Shown here: positions 13,428-26,182 of the stretch, piece after piece
Numbering within the stretch: position 1 is the first letter of the stretch
How the letters are laid out: every line of letters begins with the position of its first letter
NCBI GenBank assembly: GCA_002269645.1
Contig: NIVC01000363.1
Span: 1-64,000, forward strand
DNA from: Macrostomum lignano
Taxonomy: Eukaryota
Direction: 5' to 3'
Length of the DNA: 64,000 bases
Made by a program: the position numbers and the translations under genes
The notes under the pieces: model-generated
Database searches by the model: none
The model's input: the letters and a program-made list of their open reading frames with translations, nothing else
Told to the model about the DNA's origin: nothing

Positions 13428-13820
13428 CGCTGCATGTGCTCGTCCACAAGAAATGACCTGCTGGCATCGTCTTCACCTGAAATTGCAGAGTGAGAATTTT
13501 TATTCTCATTCTCACAGTCATTCTCACTCTCATTCTCATTCTCACTCTCATTCTCATTCTCACTCTCACTCTCACTCTCACTCTCATTCTCACTCTCATT
13601 CTCACTCTCACTCTCATTCTCATTCTCATTCTCACTCTCACTCTCACTCTCATTCTCATTCTCATTCTCACTCTCATTCTCACTCTCATTCTCATTCTTA
13701 TTCTCATTACTCATTCTCACTCTCATTCTCACTCTCATTCTCATTCTCATTCTCACTCTCATTTTCATTCTCACTCTCATTCTCATTCTCACTCTCATTC
13801 TCACTCTCATTCTCATTATC
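13394..13820. repeat. (CTG)n at ~13394-13427 and (CTCATT/CTCACT)n at ~13503-13820
   Basis: Directly visible. Confidence 0.93.
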
Positions 13821-14418
13821 ATTTTATTGTCAATCTCATTCTAACCGCAGACACAATTTTAATTGACATGCCTCAAATTTGTCACTGTGTCTCATTTCTT
13901 CAGCAGTAACTGCTCAGGCAGTCACGCGTAGGGGACCCGCGAGGACCCCGGGGATTTGGTCAAGCGTTACCAGCGGAAGTCAATCTCACGAACAAAAAAT
14001 ATCCATCCCAATTCTGATTTAGAAGCGCAAATCCGGCACCCACAGTCTCGGGTTTTCTGTCAACAACCCCTCCTTTTTCTCCGCTTTAATCCCCTATTCT
14101 CGGTGTTTACACTAGTGTCAGTTTTCCTCTCTCAGTTACCCGCCAGCCTCCGCCACCCAGTCAGAGAGGGAGAGAGGGCTTGGTCGCATTTTTGCATTTT
14201 ATTCCATATTAGCTCACTCTTGCCGAGCTCACTGACTGTCTCCTCCCTATATGGGGAACTTTTACCACTATATTGACCCCGTGCCCTGCAGTGCTTTTCT
14301 TATCGGATTAGGCTGCATGATAAACAGGCTGTCTTTTGAACTGAATTTTAGCTGCGAATATGAGAACGATTTTTTTATCGAAATGTCTAAGCCGGAACTT
14401 AAGAGACTGGAAAAATTG

Positions 14419-15412
14419 GGGAGAGTCAGAGGGGGAGTCAGAGGGGGAGTCAAAGGGGGATTCAGAGGGGGAGTCAGAGGGGGAGTCAGAGGGGGAGTCA
14501 AAGGGGGATTCAGAGGGGAGTCAGAGGGGGAGTCAGAGGGGGAGTCAAGGGGGGAGTCAGAAGGGGAGTCAGAGGGGGAGTCTGAGGGAGTCAGAGGGGG
14601 AGTCAGAGGGGGAGTCAGAGGGGGATTCAGAGGGGGAGTCAGAGGGGGATTCAGAGGGGGAGTCAGAGGGGGAGTCAGAGGGGGAGTCAAAGGGGATTCA
14701 GAGGGGGTCAGAGGGGGATTCAGAGGGGGAGTCAGAGGGGATTCAGAGGGGGAGTCAGAGGGGGAGTCAGAGGGGGATTCAGAGGGGGAGTCAGAGGGGG
14801 ATTCAGAGGGGAGTCAGAGGGGGAGTCAGAGGGGAGTCAGAGGGGGAGTCAGAGGGGGATTCAGAGGGGGAGTCTGAGGGGGAGTCAGAGGGGGAGTCAA
14901 AGGGGGAGTCAGAAGGGGAGTCAGAGGGGGAGTCTGAGGGAGTCAGAGGGGGAGTCAGAGGGGGAGTCAGAGGGGGAGTCAGAAGGGGAGTCAGAGGGGG
15001 AGTCTGAGGGAGTCAGAGGGGGAGTCAGAGGGGGAGTCAGAGGGGGAGTCAGAGGGGGAGTCAGAGGGGGAGTCAGAGGGGGATCAGAGGGGGAGTCAGA
15101 GGGGGAGTCAGAAGGGGGAGTCAAAGGGGGAGTCAGAGGGAGAGTCAGAGGGGGAGTCAGAGGGGGAGTCAGAGGGAGAGTCAGGGGGATTCAGAGGGGG
15201 AGTCAGAGGGAGAGTCAGGGGGAGTCAGAGGGGGAGTCAGAGGGGGAGTCAGAGGGGATTCAGAGGGGAGTCAGAGGGGGAGTCAGAGGGGGAGTCAGAG
15301 GGGGAGTCAGAGGGAGAGTCAGAGGGAGAGTCAGAGGGAGAGTCAGAGGGGGAGTCAGAGGGGAGAAGAGTCAGAAGGAAAAAGAGTCAGAGGGGAGAAT
15401 AGTCAGAGGAGA
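14419..15412. repeat. 12-bp G-rich tandem repeat (GAGGGGGAGTCA)
   Basis: Directly visible; G5 runs on the + strand. Confidence 0.95.
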
Positions 15413-15892
15413 AGCAATGTCTCAGATGATTTGCGAATCATAAACAACTCACTCATGGCATCCAGGTGAATCTTGCGGAGTACAAGCGGCTTGTCAGTCA
15501 GTGGAATATTCGGCTAAGGCAGCATGAATTGAAGCTGTCTGGAAGGAGATCTGCAGAAACAATGGCAAAGTGCCGTCTGACGCTCAGCAGTTCTCCAATT
15601 TTATTAGGGATGAAATTTCCCAGTGGAACAGCAACTCCTATCCAGTGCTGCTCTCAGCCAATCACAGCGCTCTGAGAGTTGACTAGAAATCTCCACGATT
15701 TCTGTTGGCGCTGTTTCCGCTAAGATGTGAGAAATGGGTCATTTTTCTACTTCTCTCCTTTGTCGGAAATATGGATTTGTGGAATTTGGAAACTGGGAAT
15801 TTTATCAGTGATCATGGAAAATGCTAAAACTAATATATGGCGTCATTTTAACGAATATTTAAATAACTAGGGAGATATTTCATTAAATAGAC

Positions 15893-16625
15893 ACAGAGGA
15901 GAGAGGATATAAAGAGAGCGAGGAAAGAGAAGAGAAGAGAGGGGAGAGAGAGGAGAGAGGAGAGAGGAGAGAGGAGAGAGGAGAGAGGAGAGAGGAGAGA
16001 GGAGAGAGGAGAGAGGAGAGAGGAGAGAGGAGAGAGGAGAGAGGAGAGAGGAGAGAGGAGAGAGAGGAGAGAGGAGAGAGGAGAGAGAAGAGAGGAGAGA
16101 GAAGAGAGAAGAGAGGAGAGAGAAGAGAGGAGAGAGAAGAGAGGAGAGAGGAGAGAGGAGAGAGAAGAGAGGAGAGAGAGGAGAGAGAGAGAGGAGAGAG
16201 GAGAGAGGAGAGAGGAGAGAGAGAGAGAGGAGAGAGGAGAGAGAAGAGAGGAGAGAGAAGAGAGGAGAGAGAGAGAGGAGAGAGAGAGAGAGGAGAGAGG
16301 AGAGAGGAGAGAGGAGAGAGGAGAGAGGAGAGAGGAGAGAGAAGAGAGGAGAGAGAAGAGAGGAGAGAGAGAGAGGAGAGAGGAGAGAGAGAGAGGAGAG
16401 AGGAGAGAGGAGAGAGGAGAGAGGAGAGAGGAGAGAGAAGAGAGGAGAGAGAGAGAGAGAGAGAGGAGAGAGGAGAGAGGAAGAGAGAGAGGAGAGAGAG
16501 AGGAGAGAGGAGAGAGGAGAGAGGAGAGAGGAGAGAGGAGAGAGGAGAGAGGAGAGAGGAGAGAGGAGAGAGGAGAGAGGAGAGAGGAGAGAGAGAGGAG
16601 AGAGGATAGAGAATGGATGAGAGAG
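15893..16625. repeat. Polypurine (GAGAG/GA)n tract
   Basis: About 700 bp almost free of pyrimidines on the + strand. Confidence 0.95.
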
Positions 16626-17401
16626 GAGATGTGGGAAAACAGAGGACAGAGAGGAGAGATAGGACAGAAGACAGAAGGCAGAGAAAGGAGAAATTGAATA
16701 GATTTGATGGAGAGATACTGGAAGAGTGAAGTCAGGGATACTCGGTCAAGTATAGTTAGCATTCAGTTCGGCTCTGCTGAACTAAAGGCCCGCAGCGCAA
16801 GGAATCGAATCCGGGACTTACACTGGCGCTAAGCCAACTCAAGACCCGGAAACACGAACAGAAATAAGCAAGAGCTGCGGACAGGCTGGGAGAGTGAAAG
16901 CCAAGGGATGAAAATAGGGAAGTCAGGATGGAGCCGCTGTCAGCATCCCGGGGATGAAAGCAGTTGAACTCCAGTGCCACCCCAGGTAGACTCTGGTATA
17001 AAGAAGGGCCTTTTGTCCCCGCTTTGTTAAACTCTGTTTCCTTCCTTCAAGCAGACGTCTCACAGTGAGCGCGCCTGTGAATACCTAAGACAGTTCAGTG
17101 AAAGTTTTGTGCGTGAATGCAGCCAGAGTGAAAGCCTGCTCTTCTAAGCTCAAGAGATGTCTTCCTGTGCAGACAATAATGGAAGCTCAGGAGTAGCGAA
17201 AGTCATCTTTGTGGGCTGCTCACCTCTCCCCACCTGTTGCCACCTGGAGCAGCTCACTGAAGAAATTGGCAAGAATATTTCTCTATTTTTCATGACTGTC
17301 TGCGTGACTGACTGACTGAAATTCCAATCCAGTTGCTTCCCTCTTCATTGTGCGCCACTGCTGACTCTAATTGAAATTTCTGGCGCTATTAAGACTTTTT
17401 C

Positions 17402-18745
17402 ACCATTATCTCCCTGCACCATCATCTCCTTGCACCATCATCTCCCTGCACCATCATCTCCCTGCACCATCATCTCCCTGCACCATCATCTCCCTGCACC
17501 ATCATCTCCCTGCACCATCATCTCCTTGCACCATCATCTCCCTGCACCATCATCTCATCATCTCCCTGCACCATCATCTCCCTGCACCATCATCTCCCTG
17601 CACCGTCATCTCCCTGCACCATCATCTCCCTGCACCATCATCTCCCTGCACCATCATCTCCTTGCACCATCATCTCCTTGCACCATCATCTCCCTGCACC
17701 ATCATCTCCCTGCACCATCATCTCCCTGCATCATCATCTCCCTGCACCATCATCTCCTTGCACCATCATCTCCCTGCACCGTCATCTCATCATCTCCCTG
17801 CACCGTCATCTCATCATCTCCCTGCACGTCATCTCCCTGCACCATCATCTCCATGCACCGTCATCTCATCATCTCCCTGCACCATCATCTCCATGCACCG
17901 TCATCTCATCATCTCCCTGCACCATCATCTCCCTGCACCATCATCTCCCTGCACCATCATCTCCTTGCACCATCATCTCCTTGCACCATCATCTCCCTGC
18001 ACCATCATCTCCCTGCACCATCATCTCCCTGCACCATCATCTCATCTCCCTGCATCATCATCTCCCTGCATCATCATCTCCCTGCACCATCATCTCCCTG
18101 CACCATCATCTCCCTGCACCATCATCTCCCTGCACCATCATCTCATCTCCCTGCATCATCATCTCCCTGCATCATCATCTCCCTGCACCATCATCTCCCT
18201 GCATCATCATCTCCCTGCACCATCATCTCCCTGCACCATCATCTCCCTGCACCGTCATCTCATCATCTCCCTGCACCGTCATCTCCCTGCACCATCATCT
18301 CCATGCACCGTCATCTCATCATCTCCCTGCACCATCATCTCATCATCTCCCTGCACCATCATCTCCCTGCATCATCATCTCCCTGCATCATCATCTCCCT
18401 GCACCATCATCTCCCTGCACCATCATCTCCCTGCACCGTCATCTCATCATCTCCCTGCATCATCATCTCCCTGCACCATCATCTCCCTGCATCATCATCT
18501 CCCTGCACCATCATCTCCCTGCACCATCATCTCCCTGCACCATCATCTCCCTGCACCGTCATCTCATCATCTCCCTGCACCGTCATCTCCCTGCACCATC
18601 ATCTCCATGCACCGTCATCTCATCATCTCCCTGCACCATCATCTCATCATCTCCCTGCACCATCATCTCCCTGCACCATCATCTCCCTGCACCATCATCT
18701 CCCTGCACCATCATCTCCCTGCACCATCATCTCCCTGCGTCGTCA
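17402..18745 (+). repeat. 16-bp minisatellite CATCATCTCCCTGCAC, left arm of an inverted pair
   Basis: Directly visible; reverse complement of the 19862-22120 array. Confidence 0.95.
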
Positions 18746-19185
18746 TCATCCGGTCACTGCAGCCAACTCAGGCTCATAACTGTCACTGCATTATTGCAAA
18801 AGCGACAGGAGGCCTCTCTCCGCTGCCCTCATCTCCCCTTCTCCGATAAAGTCGAGTGTCTGGGGGCAGTCTTGAGCACATGCCAGCTCTCGTGTGTGCT
18901 CGAAAATTTGCATCGTAGCCAACAATTTAAGGGGGCCGAAGACTCGCTTATCGGCCACTCAATTCGCACTTGATCCTCAAGTCCGTGATTTCTGTTAGCT
19001 CACTGCTGAGAAGGGAAGGGGTTTGGAGAGAGGCTGAGAGGGCCGCGACCTGAAGCAGAGCCCGTATAAGACGAAAGCACTTTGCGTACAAGCGTGTGCC
19101 CACAACTCCTCACTTCGTGGCGAGCAAACAACTATCGAAGAGTGACGCTCTGCGATATGGCGACTTGAAGCGTGCTAGAGAACTG

Positions 19186-19800
19186 CTGAACTGATCACTC
19201 CTGAACTGATCACTCCTGAACTGATCACTCCTGAACTGATCACTCCTGAACTGATCACTCCTGAACTGATCACTCCTGAACTGATCACTCCTGAACTGAT
19301 CACTCCTGAACTGATCACTCCTGAACTGATCACTCCTGAACTGATCACTCCTGAACTGATCACTCCTGAACTGATCACTCCTGAACTGATCACTCCTGAA
19401 CTGATCACTCCTGAACTGATCACTCCTGAACTGATCACTCCTGAACTGATCACTCCTGAACTGATCACTCCTGAACTGATCACTCCTGAACTGATCACTC
19501 CTGAACTGATCACTCCTGAACTGATCACTCCTGAACTGATCACTCCTGAACTGATCACTCCTGAACTGATCACTCCTGAACTGATCACTCCTGAACTGAT
19601 CACTCCTGAACTGATCACTCCTGAACTGATCACTCCTGAACTGATCACTCCTGAACTGATCACTCCTGAACTGATCACTCCTGAACTGATCACTCCTGAA
19701 CTGATCACTCCTGAACTGATCACTCCTGAACTGATCACTCCTGAACTGATCACTCCTGAACTGATCACTCCTGAACTGATCACTCCTGAACTGATCACTC
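19186..19800. repeat. Perfect 15-bp array CTGAACTGATCACTC x41
   Basis: No variant units seen. Confidence 0.97.
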
Positions 19801-19861
19801 CTGCATTCTGTAGAGGCTGAGTAGCGTGCCGCTGGTAAAGCAGAAATTTCCCAGGCTGCAA

Positions 19862-22120
19862 GGTGCAGAGATGCTCGGAGCGATCGTTTTGGTGCAGGGA
19901 GATGATGGTTCAGTGAGATGATGGTGCAGGGAGATGATGGTGCAGGGAGATGATGGTGCAGGGAGATGATGGTGCAGGGAGATGATGAGATGATGGTGCA
20001 GGGAGATGATGGTGCAGGGAGATGATGGTGCAGGGAGATGATGAGATGATGGTGCAGGGAGATGATGGTGCAGGGAGATGATGATGCAGGGAGATGATGG
20101 TGCAGGGAGATGATGGTGCAGGGAGATGATGGTGCAGGGAGATGATGGTGCAGGGAGATGATGGTGCAGGGAGATGATGGTGCAGGGAGATGATGGTGCA
20201 GGGAGATGATGGTGCAGGGAGATGATGGTGCAGGGAGATGATGGTGCAGGGAGATGATGGTGCAGGGAGATGATGGTGCAGGGAGATGATGGTGCAGGGA
20301 GATGATGGTGCAGGGAGATGATGATGCAGGGAGATGATGATGCAGGGAGATGAGATGATGGTGCAGGGAGATGATGGTGCAGGGAGATGATGGTGCAGGG
20401 AGATGATGGTGCAAGGAGATGATGGTGCAAGGAGATGATGGTGCAGGGAGATGATGGTGCAGAGAGATGATGGTGCAGGGAGATGACGGTGCAGGGAGAT
20501 GATGGTGCAGGGAGATGAGATGACGGTGCAGGGAGATGATGATGCAGGGAGATGAGATGATGGTGCAGGGAGATGATGGTGCAGGGAGATGATGGTGCAG
20601 GGAGATGATGGTGCAAGGAGATGATGGTGCAAGGAGATGATGGTGCAGGGAGATGATGGTGCAGGGAGATGATGGTGCAAGGAGATGACGGTGCAGGGAG
20701 ATGATGGTGCAGGGAGATGATGGTGCAGGGAGATGACGGTGCAGGGAGATGATGAGATGACGGTGCAGGGAGATGATGGTGCAAGGAGATGATGGTGCAG
20801 GGAGATGATGGTGCAGGGAGATGATGGTGCAGGGAGATGATGGTGCAAGGAGATGATGGTGCAGGGAGATGATGGTGCAGGGAGATGATGGTGCAAGGAG
20901 ATGATGGTGCAAGGAGATGATGGTGCAGGGAGATGATGGTGCAGGGAGATGATGGTGCAGGGAGATGATGGTGCAGGGAGATGACGGTGCAGGGAGATGA
21001 TGGTGCAGGGAGATGATGGTGCAAGGAGATGATGGTGCAGGGAGATGATGGTGCAAGGAGATGATGGTGCAAGGAGATGATGGTGCAGGGAGATGATGGT
21101 GCAGGGAGATGATGGTGCAGGGAGATGATGATGCAGGGAGATGATGGTGCAGGGAGATGATGGTGCAGGGAGATGATGGTGCAGGGAGATGATGGTGCAG
21201 GGAGATGACGGTGCAGGGAGATGATGAGATGACGGTGCAGGGAGATGATGGTGCAAGGAGATGATGGTGCAGGGAGATGATGGTGCAGGGAGATGACGGT
21301 GCAGGGAGATGATGAGATGACGGTGCAGGGAGATGATGGTGCAAGGAGATGATGGTGCAGGGAGATGATGGTGCAGGGAGATGACGGTGCAGGGAGATGA
21401 TGAGATGACGGTGCAGGGAGATGATGGTGCAAGGAGATGATGGTGCAGGGAGATGATGGTGCAGGGAGATGATGGTGCAGGGAGATGACGGTGCAGGGAG
21501 ATGATGAGATGACGGTGCAGGGAGATGATGGTGCAAGGAGATGATGGTGCAGGGAGATGATGGTGCAGGGAGATGATGGTGCAGGGAGATGATGGTGCAA
21601 GGAGATGATGGTGCAGGGAGATGATGGTGCAGGGAGATGATGGTGCAAGGAGATGATGGTGCAAGGAGATGATGGTGCAAGGAGATGATGGTGCAAGGAG
21701 ATGATGGTGCAGGGAGATGATGGTGCAGGGAGATGACGGTGCAGGGAGATGATGGTGCAGGGAGATGATGGTGCAAGGAGATGATGGTGCAGGGAGATGA
21801 TGGTGCAGGGAGATGATGGTGCAGGGAGATGATGATGCAGGGAGATGATGGTGCAGGGAGATGATGGTGCAGGGAGATGATGGTGCAGGGAGATGATGAT
21901 GCAGGGAGATGATGGTGCAGGGAGATGATGGTGCAGGGAGATGATGGTGCAGGGAGATGTTGGTGCAGGGAGATGAAGGTGCAGGGAGATGATGGTGCAG
22001 GGAGTTGGTAGTGCAGGGAGTTGGTAGTGCAGGGAGTTGGTAGTGCAGGGAGTTGGTAGTGCAGGGAGTTGGTAGTGCAGGGAGTTGGTAGTGCAGGGAG
22101 TTGGTAGTGCAGGGGGTTGG
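19862..22120 (-). repeat. 16-bp minisatellite GTGCAGGGAGATGATG, right arm of the inverted pair, ending in about 7 GTGCAGGGAGTTGGTA variant units
   Basis: Directly visible. Confidence 0.95.
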
Positions 22121-22150
22121 TAAAGTCCAATTGTTTTGACCTCTCCACAG

Positions 22151-22393
22151 TCAGGCACAGTCAGCCCAGCAGTTCTGCAATCAACAAGCTCTCAACTTCT
22201 TCCCATTGACCGGCCTCATCTGTAAGTGCCCTACCGGTAGTCCCAACTCCAGGACAGCCTCACAGGGTTGTAAAATATCTTTGAGCTCGCTTTGCACGAA
22301 CAGGAAGCTGGCAGTTCACAGCTGGGCCACTTTGCCCGACAACTCAGATGATAGATGGCGGCAATATGCCACTCTCGTGCGGAGAAATCAAAG
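22151..22393 (+). CDS. Two candidate internal exons (22151-22221, 22304-22393) of an unidentified gene
   Basis: Pyrimidine-rich acceptor TTGTTTTGACCTCTCCACAG, donor CT|GTAAGT, second acceptor GAACAG and donor AAG|GT. Phase-consistent open reading SGTVSPAVLQSTSSQLLPIDRPHLKLAVHSWATLPDNSDDRWRQYATLVRRNQ. No recognised homology. Confidence 0.3.
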
Positions 22394-22489
22394 GTCGGGA
22401 CAGCTCATTCTCAGTCGTGTCTGGGAGTGAGAGAGCTTTTTCATGCGAACACCCATGCACACTCCATGCAGCCTCAGTCACTTGCAGCC

Positions 22490-22767
22490 CAGACAGTTCA
22501 CAATCAGACAGTTCACAATCAGACAGTTCACAATCAGACAGTTCACAATCAGACAGTTCACAATCAGACAGTTCACAATCAGACAGTTCACAATCAGACA
22601 GTTCACAATCAGACAGTTCACAATCAGACAGTTCACAATCAGACAGTTCACAATCAGACAGTTCACAATCAGACAGTTCACAATCAGACAGTTCACAATC
22701 AGACAGTTCACAATCAGACAGTTCACAATCAGACAGTTCACAATCAGACAGTTCACAATCAGACAGT
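22490..22767. repeat. Perfect 15-bp array CAGACAGTTCACAAT x18
   Basis: Directly visible. Confidence 0.97.
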
Positions 22768-23931
22768 CACGATTATATTTTACGAGCGTAAAAGAAATTA
22801 CTTGCGCTACTATAAGTATAAACTTTCAGACAGGGGCACTATTTTTCTAGTTAAACACATATTCATTGTTTTATTACCATTGCTATTCATTGTAAAATGA
22901 GCCTGCATGCAATTTTTGGTCAATGCGCACATCGGAGTACTGAAAGAAAAGAAGGTCTTTTACCTTTCCTAAACAGTCAAACCGAAAAAAACCTCAGTTG
23001 GGACACTCCAAACCACGATACAGATTTGTCCCAGCAAGAAGGGGGGGGAGGGTTGGGGAAGAAATAAGTAGTAGTTACACTTGCATTTAACTCTTTTTGG
23101 CATCGCTCCCTGTACATAGAGCCCATTCTAATCGTACACCCCACGCCCACCAGCCTGCCCCACTGCATTTCTGTCCGTCTCTTTCGCGAAAACAAAAAAC
23201 GTAGAGTTGACGTTGCCTGCCGAAGACGACAGCTATTAGACTTGCACTGCACTGTTATTCTTTCATTCGGAGCATTCTAGCTTGTAAACTCTGCTTCAGT
23301 TTTTAAGTTTCGTCATTCTATTTCAATAAGGTAAGCTGTAGTATACAGTTAAACATTGCACTCTAGAAATTTCCAACTAGTCGATAAGTAAAAAATTCTG
23401 TGCTTTTTCAGAAACTCCAATTCTGCCATCTTTGTTATACTGTTTGGAATCTTCTAGAATATTCCGGAAACCTTCACCAGCAATATAAATATACGCTGCC
23501 CGCTCCGATTCTCCTCAAATTCTCCTCAAATTCTCCTCAAATCTATGCGAGACAAATGGTTTTGTCTCGCATAGAGACGCCTAACCGCAGTCACTTCTGT
23601 GACACTTGTCTCTGCCTGGCTGAAAGCTTGTAATGAGTGAGTAGGCTGGGTTGGAGGGTAATAGTGGATCGGAAAGGGCTGTGGGTAGCTGTATAGGAAG
23701 GCAGGCCTATACCTGTACCAAGGTGCTCTGACGGTATCCCTCAGGCGCCCTCTGAGCGTACAGCCAGCGACCCTATTAAAGCTGGAGTGTGCCAGAACCA
23801 GGACTGAGTCTGAGCAGGACGAGACCGTTGGCACGGTCACTATAAAAATGGCGGGTTGGCGAAGCAAAGGGTGAAACAGTCCCGGCGAATAGCCCTCCTG
23901 CCGCTTCAAAGATAAGAGACTGTCTGGCAAG

Positions 23932-24258
23932 AGTACCCGGGGTCTAGTTGGGGGGGGGGAGGCTCCTTCGGGTTGCCACGGCCGTGGGGGCGGTCAACTG
24001 ACCGGTTTTTTTGGCTTATCTAACCCAGGAGAAGGCACGGGCTTCCCTGATTGGTTCTCTCAACCCCCACGGGCCTCGGGGAGGTTTATGATTTGTACCC
24101 GGGGGTAGAGGGGCGGTCGGCCCCAGCATGGATGCCACGGCTCTTGGCCTTCGGGCCTTCCTAATAGGCTAAGGGGTCTATCTAACCTGGTTTTTGGGCA
24201 CGGGCTCCTGACTGGTTCGTCGAACCGCTACTGTCCCCCGGGGAGGTTTGGTTTTTTT
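23932..24258. other. Two diverged ~163-bp tandem units with conserved motif blocks and compensatory base pairing; putative structured RNA
   Basis: Both units (from ~23932 and ~24095) share GTACCCGGGG...TGCCACGGC...TATCTAACC...GGCACGGGCT(T)CC(C)TGAYTGGTTC...CGGGGAGGTTT, while the intervening segments differ. Confidence 0.55.
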
Positions 24259-24964
24259 GATACAGCCCTGTACAGTCCTCTATAGTCTAACTTGGCTTTT
24301 AGTGTACATTAGTACACTCCCTATCAGGAAACTTATATATTTCTAGTGGCGTAAGAGCCTGTTCAATGGCTGAGGCGCCGTATTACTTATTTAGTTAGTT
24401 AGATTCTCCTCAAATCACTCCATTCTTTCTTGAAGAGTCACAGGCCAGCTTTTAATTGCTTGAACCTCTACGAAGTCGCATATTCAGCTCTGTAAGTACG
24501 AGTATTCACCGTACTAGTTGTGGATTTAGGATTTGAGTGTACGGTTTTTCCGCGGAATTCCCAGCATTGGTTCCATGTTGATTAAAAAGTGCACTTTTTG
24601 TCTGGCAGCGAAACACTATGATAAAAGTTGATGCACAGCTAGTGTGCATAGATTTTGCAATCTCTCTGGGTGTACCTTGTTAACAAATTGACGGCTATGC
24701 CAAAAATAGTCACTAACTGGTGTAACTGGTATTCAAATGGATTTATACACTCTAGTCCTGCCTGCCCTAAAGGCAGAAAAATATTCTTTAATGAAAACAA
24801 TAAGCTAACATGTTTAATAAATTTCTCAATTTTAAACTTAAAAAAATATTTTAGAATGAGCAGAACAGCCTCAATGCAAGTCTACAGTGTTCTACAGTCA
24901 CTTCTACTTGTGAGTCAGAGGTGAGTGATAGTGATAAATTTATAAAGCAATTAAGGAATTTAAC

Positions 24965-25424
24965 ATTAGTAGACATGATTAGTAGACATGACTAGTAGAC
25001 ATCATTAGTAGACATGATTAGTAGACATCATTAGTAGACATTATTAATAGACATCATTAGTAGACATCATTAGTAGACATCATTAGTAGACATTATTGGT
25101 AGACACTATTGGTAGACATGATTAGTAGACATGACTAGTAGACATCATTAGTAGACATGATTAGTAGACATCATTAGTAGACATGATTAGTAGACATCAT
25201 TAGTAGATATCATTAGTAGACATCATTAGTAGATATCATTAGTAGATTTCTTTAGTAGATATCATTAGTAGACATGATTAGTAGACATGATTAGTAGACA
25301 TCATTAGTAGACATCAATAATAGACATTATTAGTAGACATCATTAGTAGATATCATTAGTAGACATCATTAGTAGATATCATTAGTAGATATCATTAGTA
25401 GATATCATTAGTAGATATCATTAG
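24965..25424. repeat. 13-bp tandem repeat ATTAGTAGAYATS
   Basis: Directly visible; drifts from AGACAT to AGATAT toward the GATA array. Confidence 0.93.
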
Positions 25425-26155
<731 letters not shown>

Positions 26156-26182
26156 CCAGTCAATTCCTCATTCTACTTTCAG

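Noticed and set aside
11236-16762. ORFs from 12-bp, 6-bp and GA repeats (RGTL, SH, GGVR, LSSL)
   Set aside because: Low-complexity repeat artefacts.
17158-18973. Spliced gene MSSCADNNG... joined across the left 16-bp array via a GC donor
   Set aside because: Needs a non-canonical donor and a weak acceptor; no homology recognised, so not supportable without transcripts.
17371-22158. Very long ORFs (431-1012 aa) of PAPSSPCTIISLHHHL repeats
   Set aside because: Stop-free by-product of a 16-bp repeat; open in several frames on both arms, with no non-repetitive domain.
23800-23828. Hammerhead-like CTGAGTCTGAGCAGGACGAGAC
   Set aside because: Lacks the NGA of CUGANGA, has GAGA instead of GAAA, and has no supporting stems I and III.
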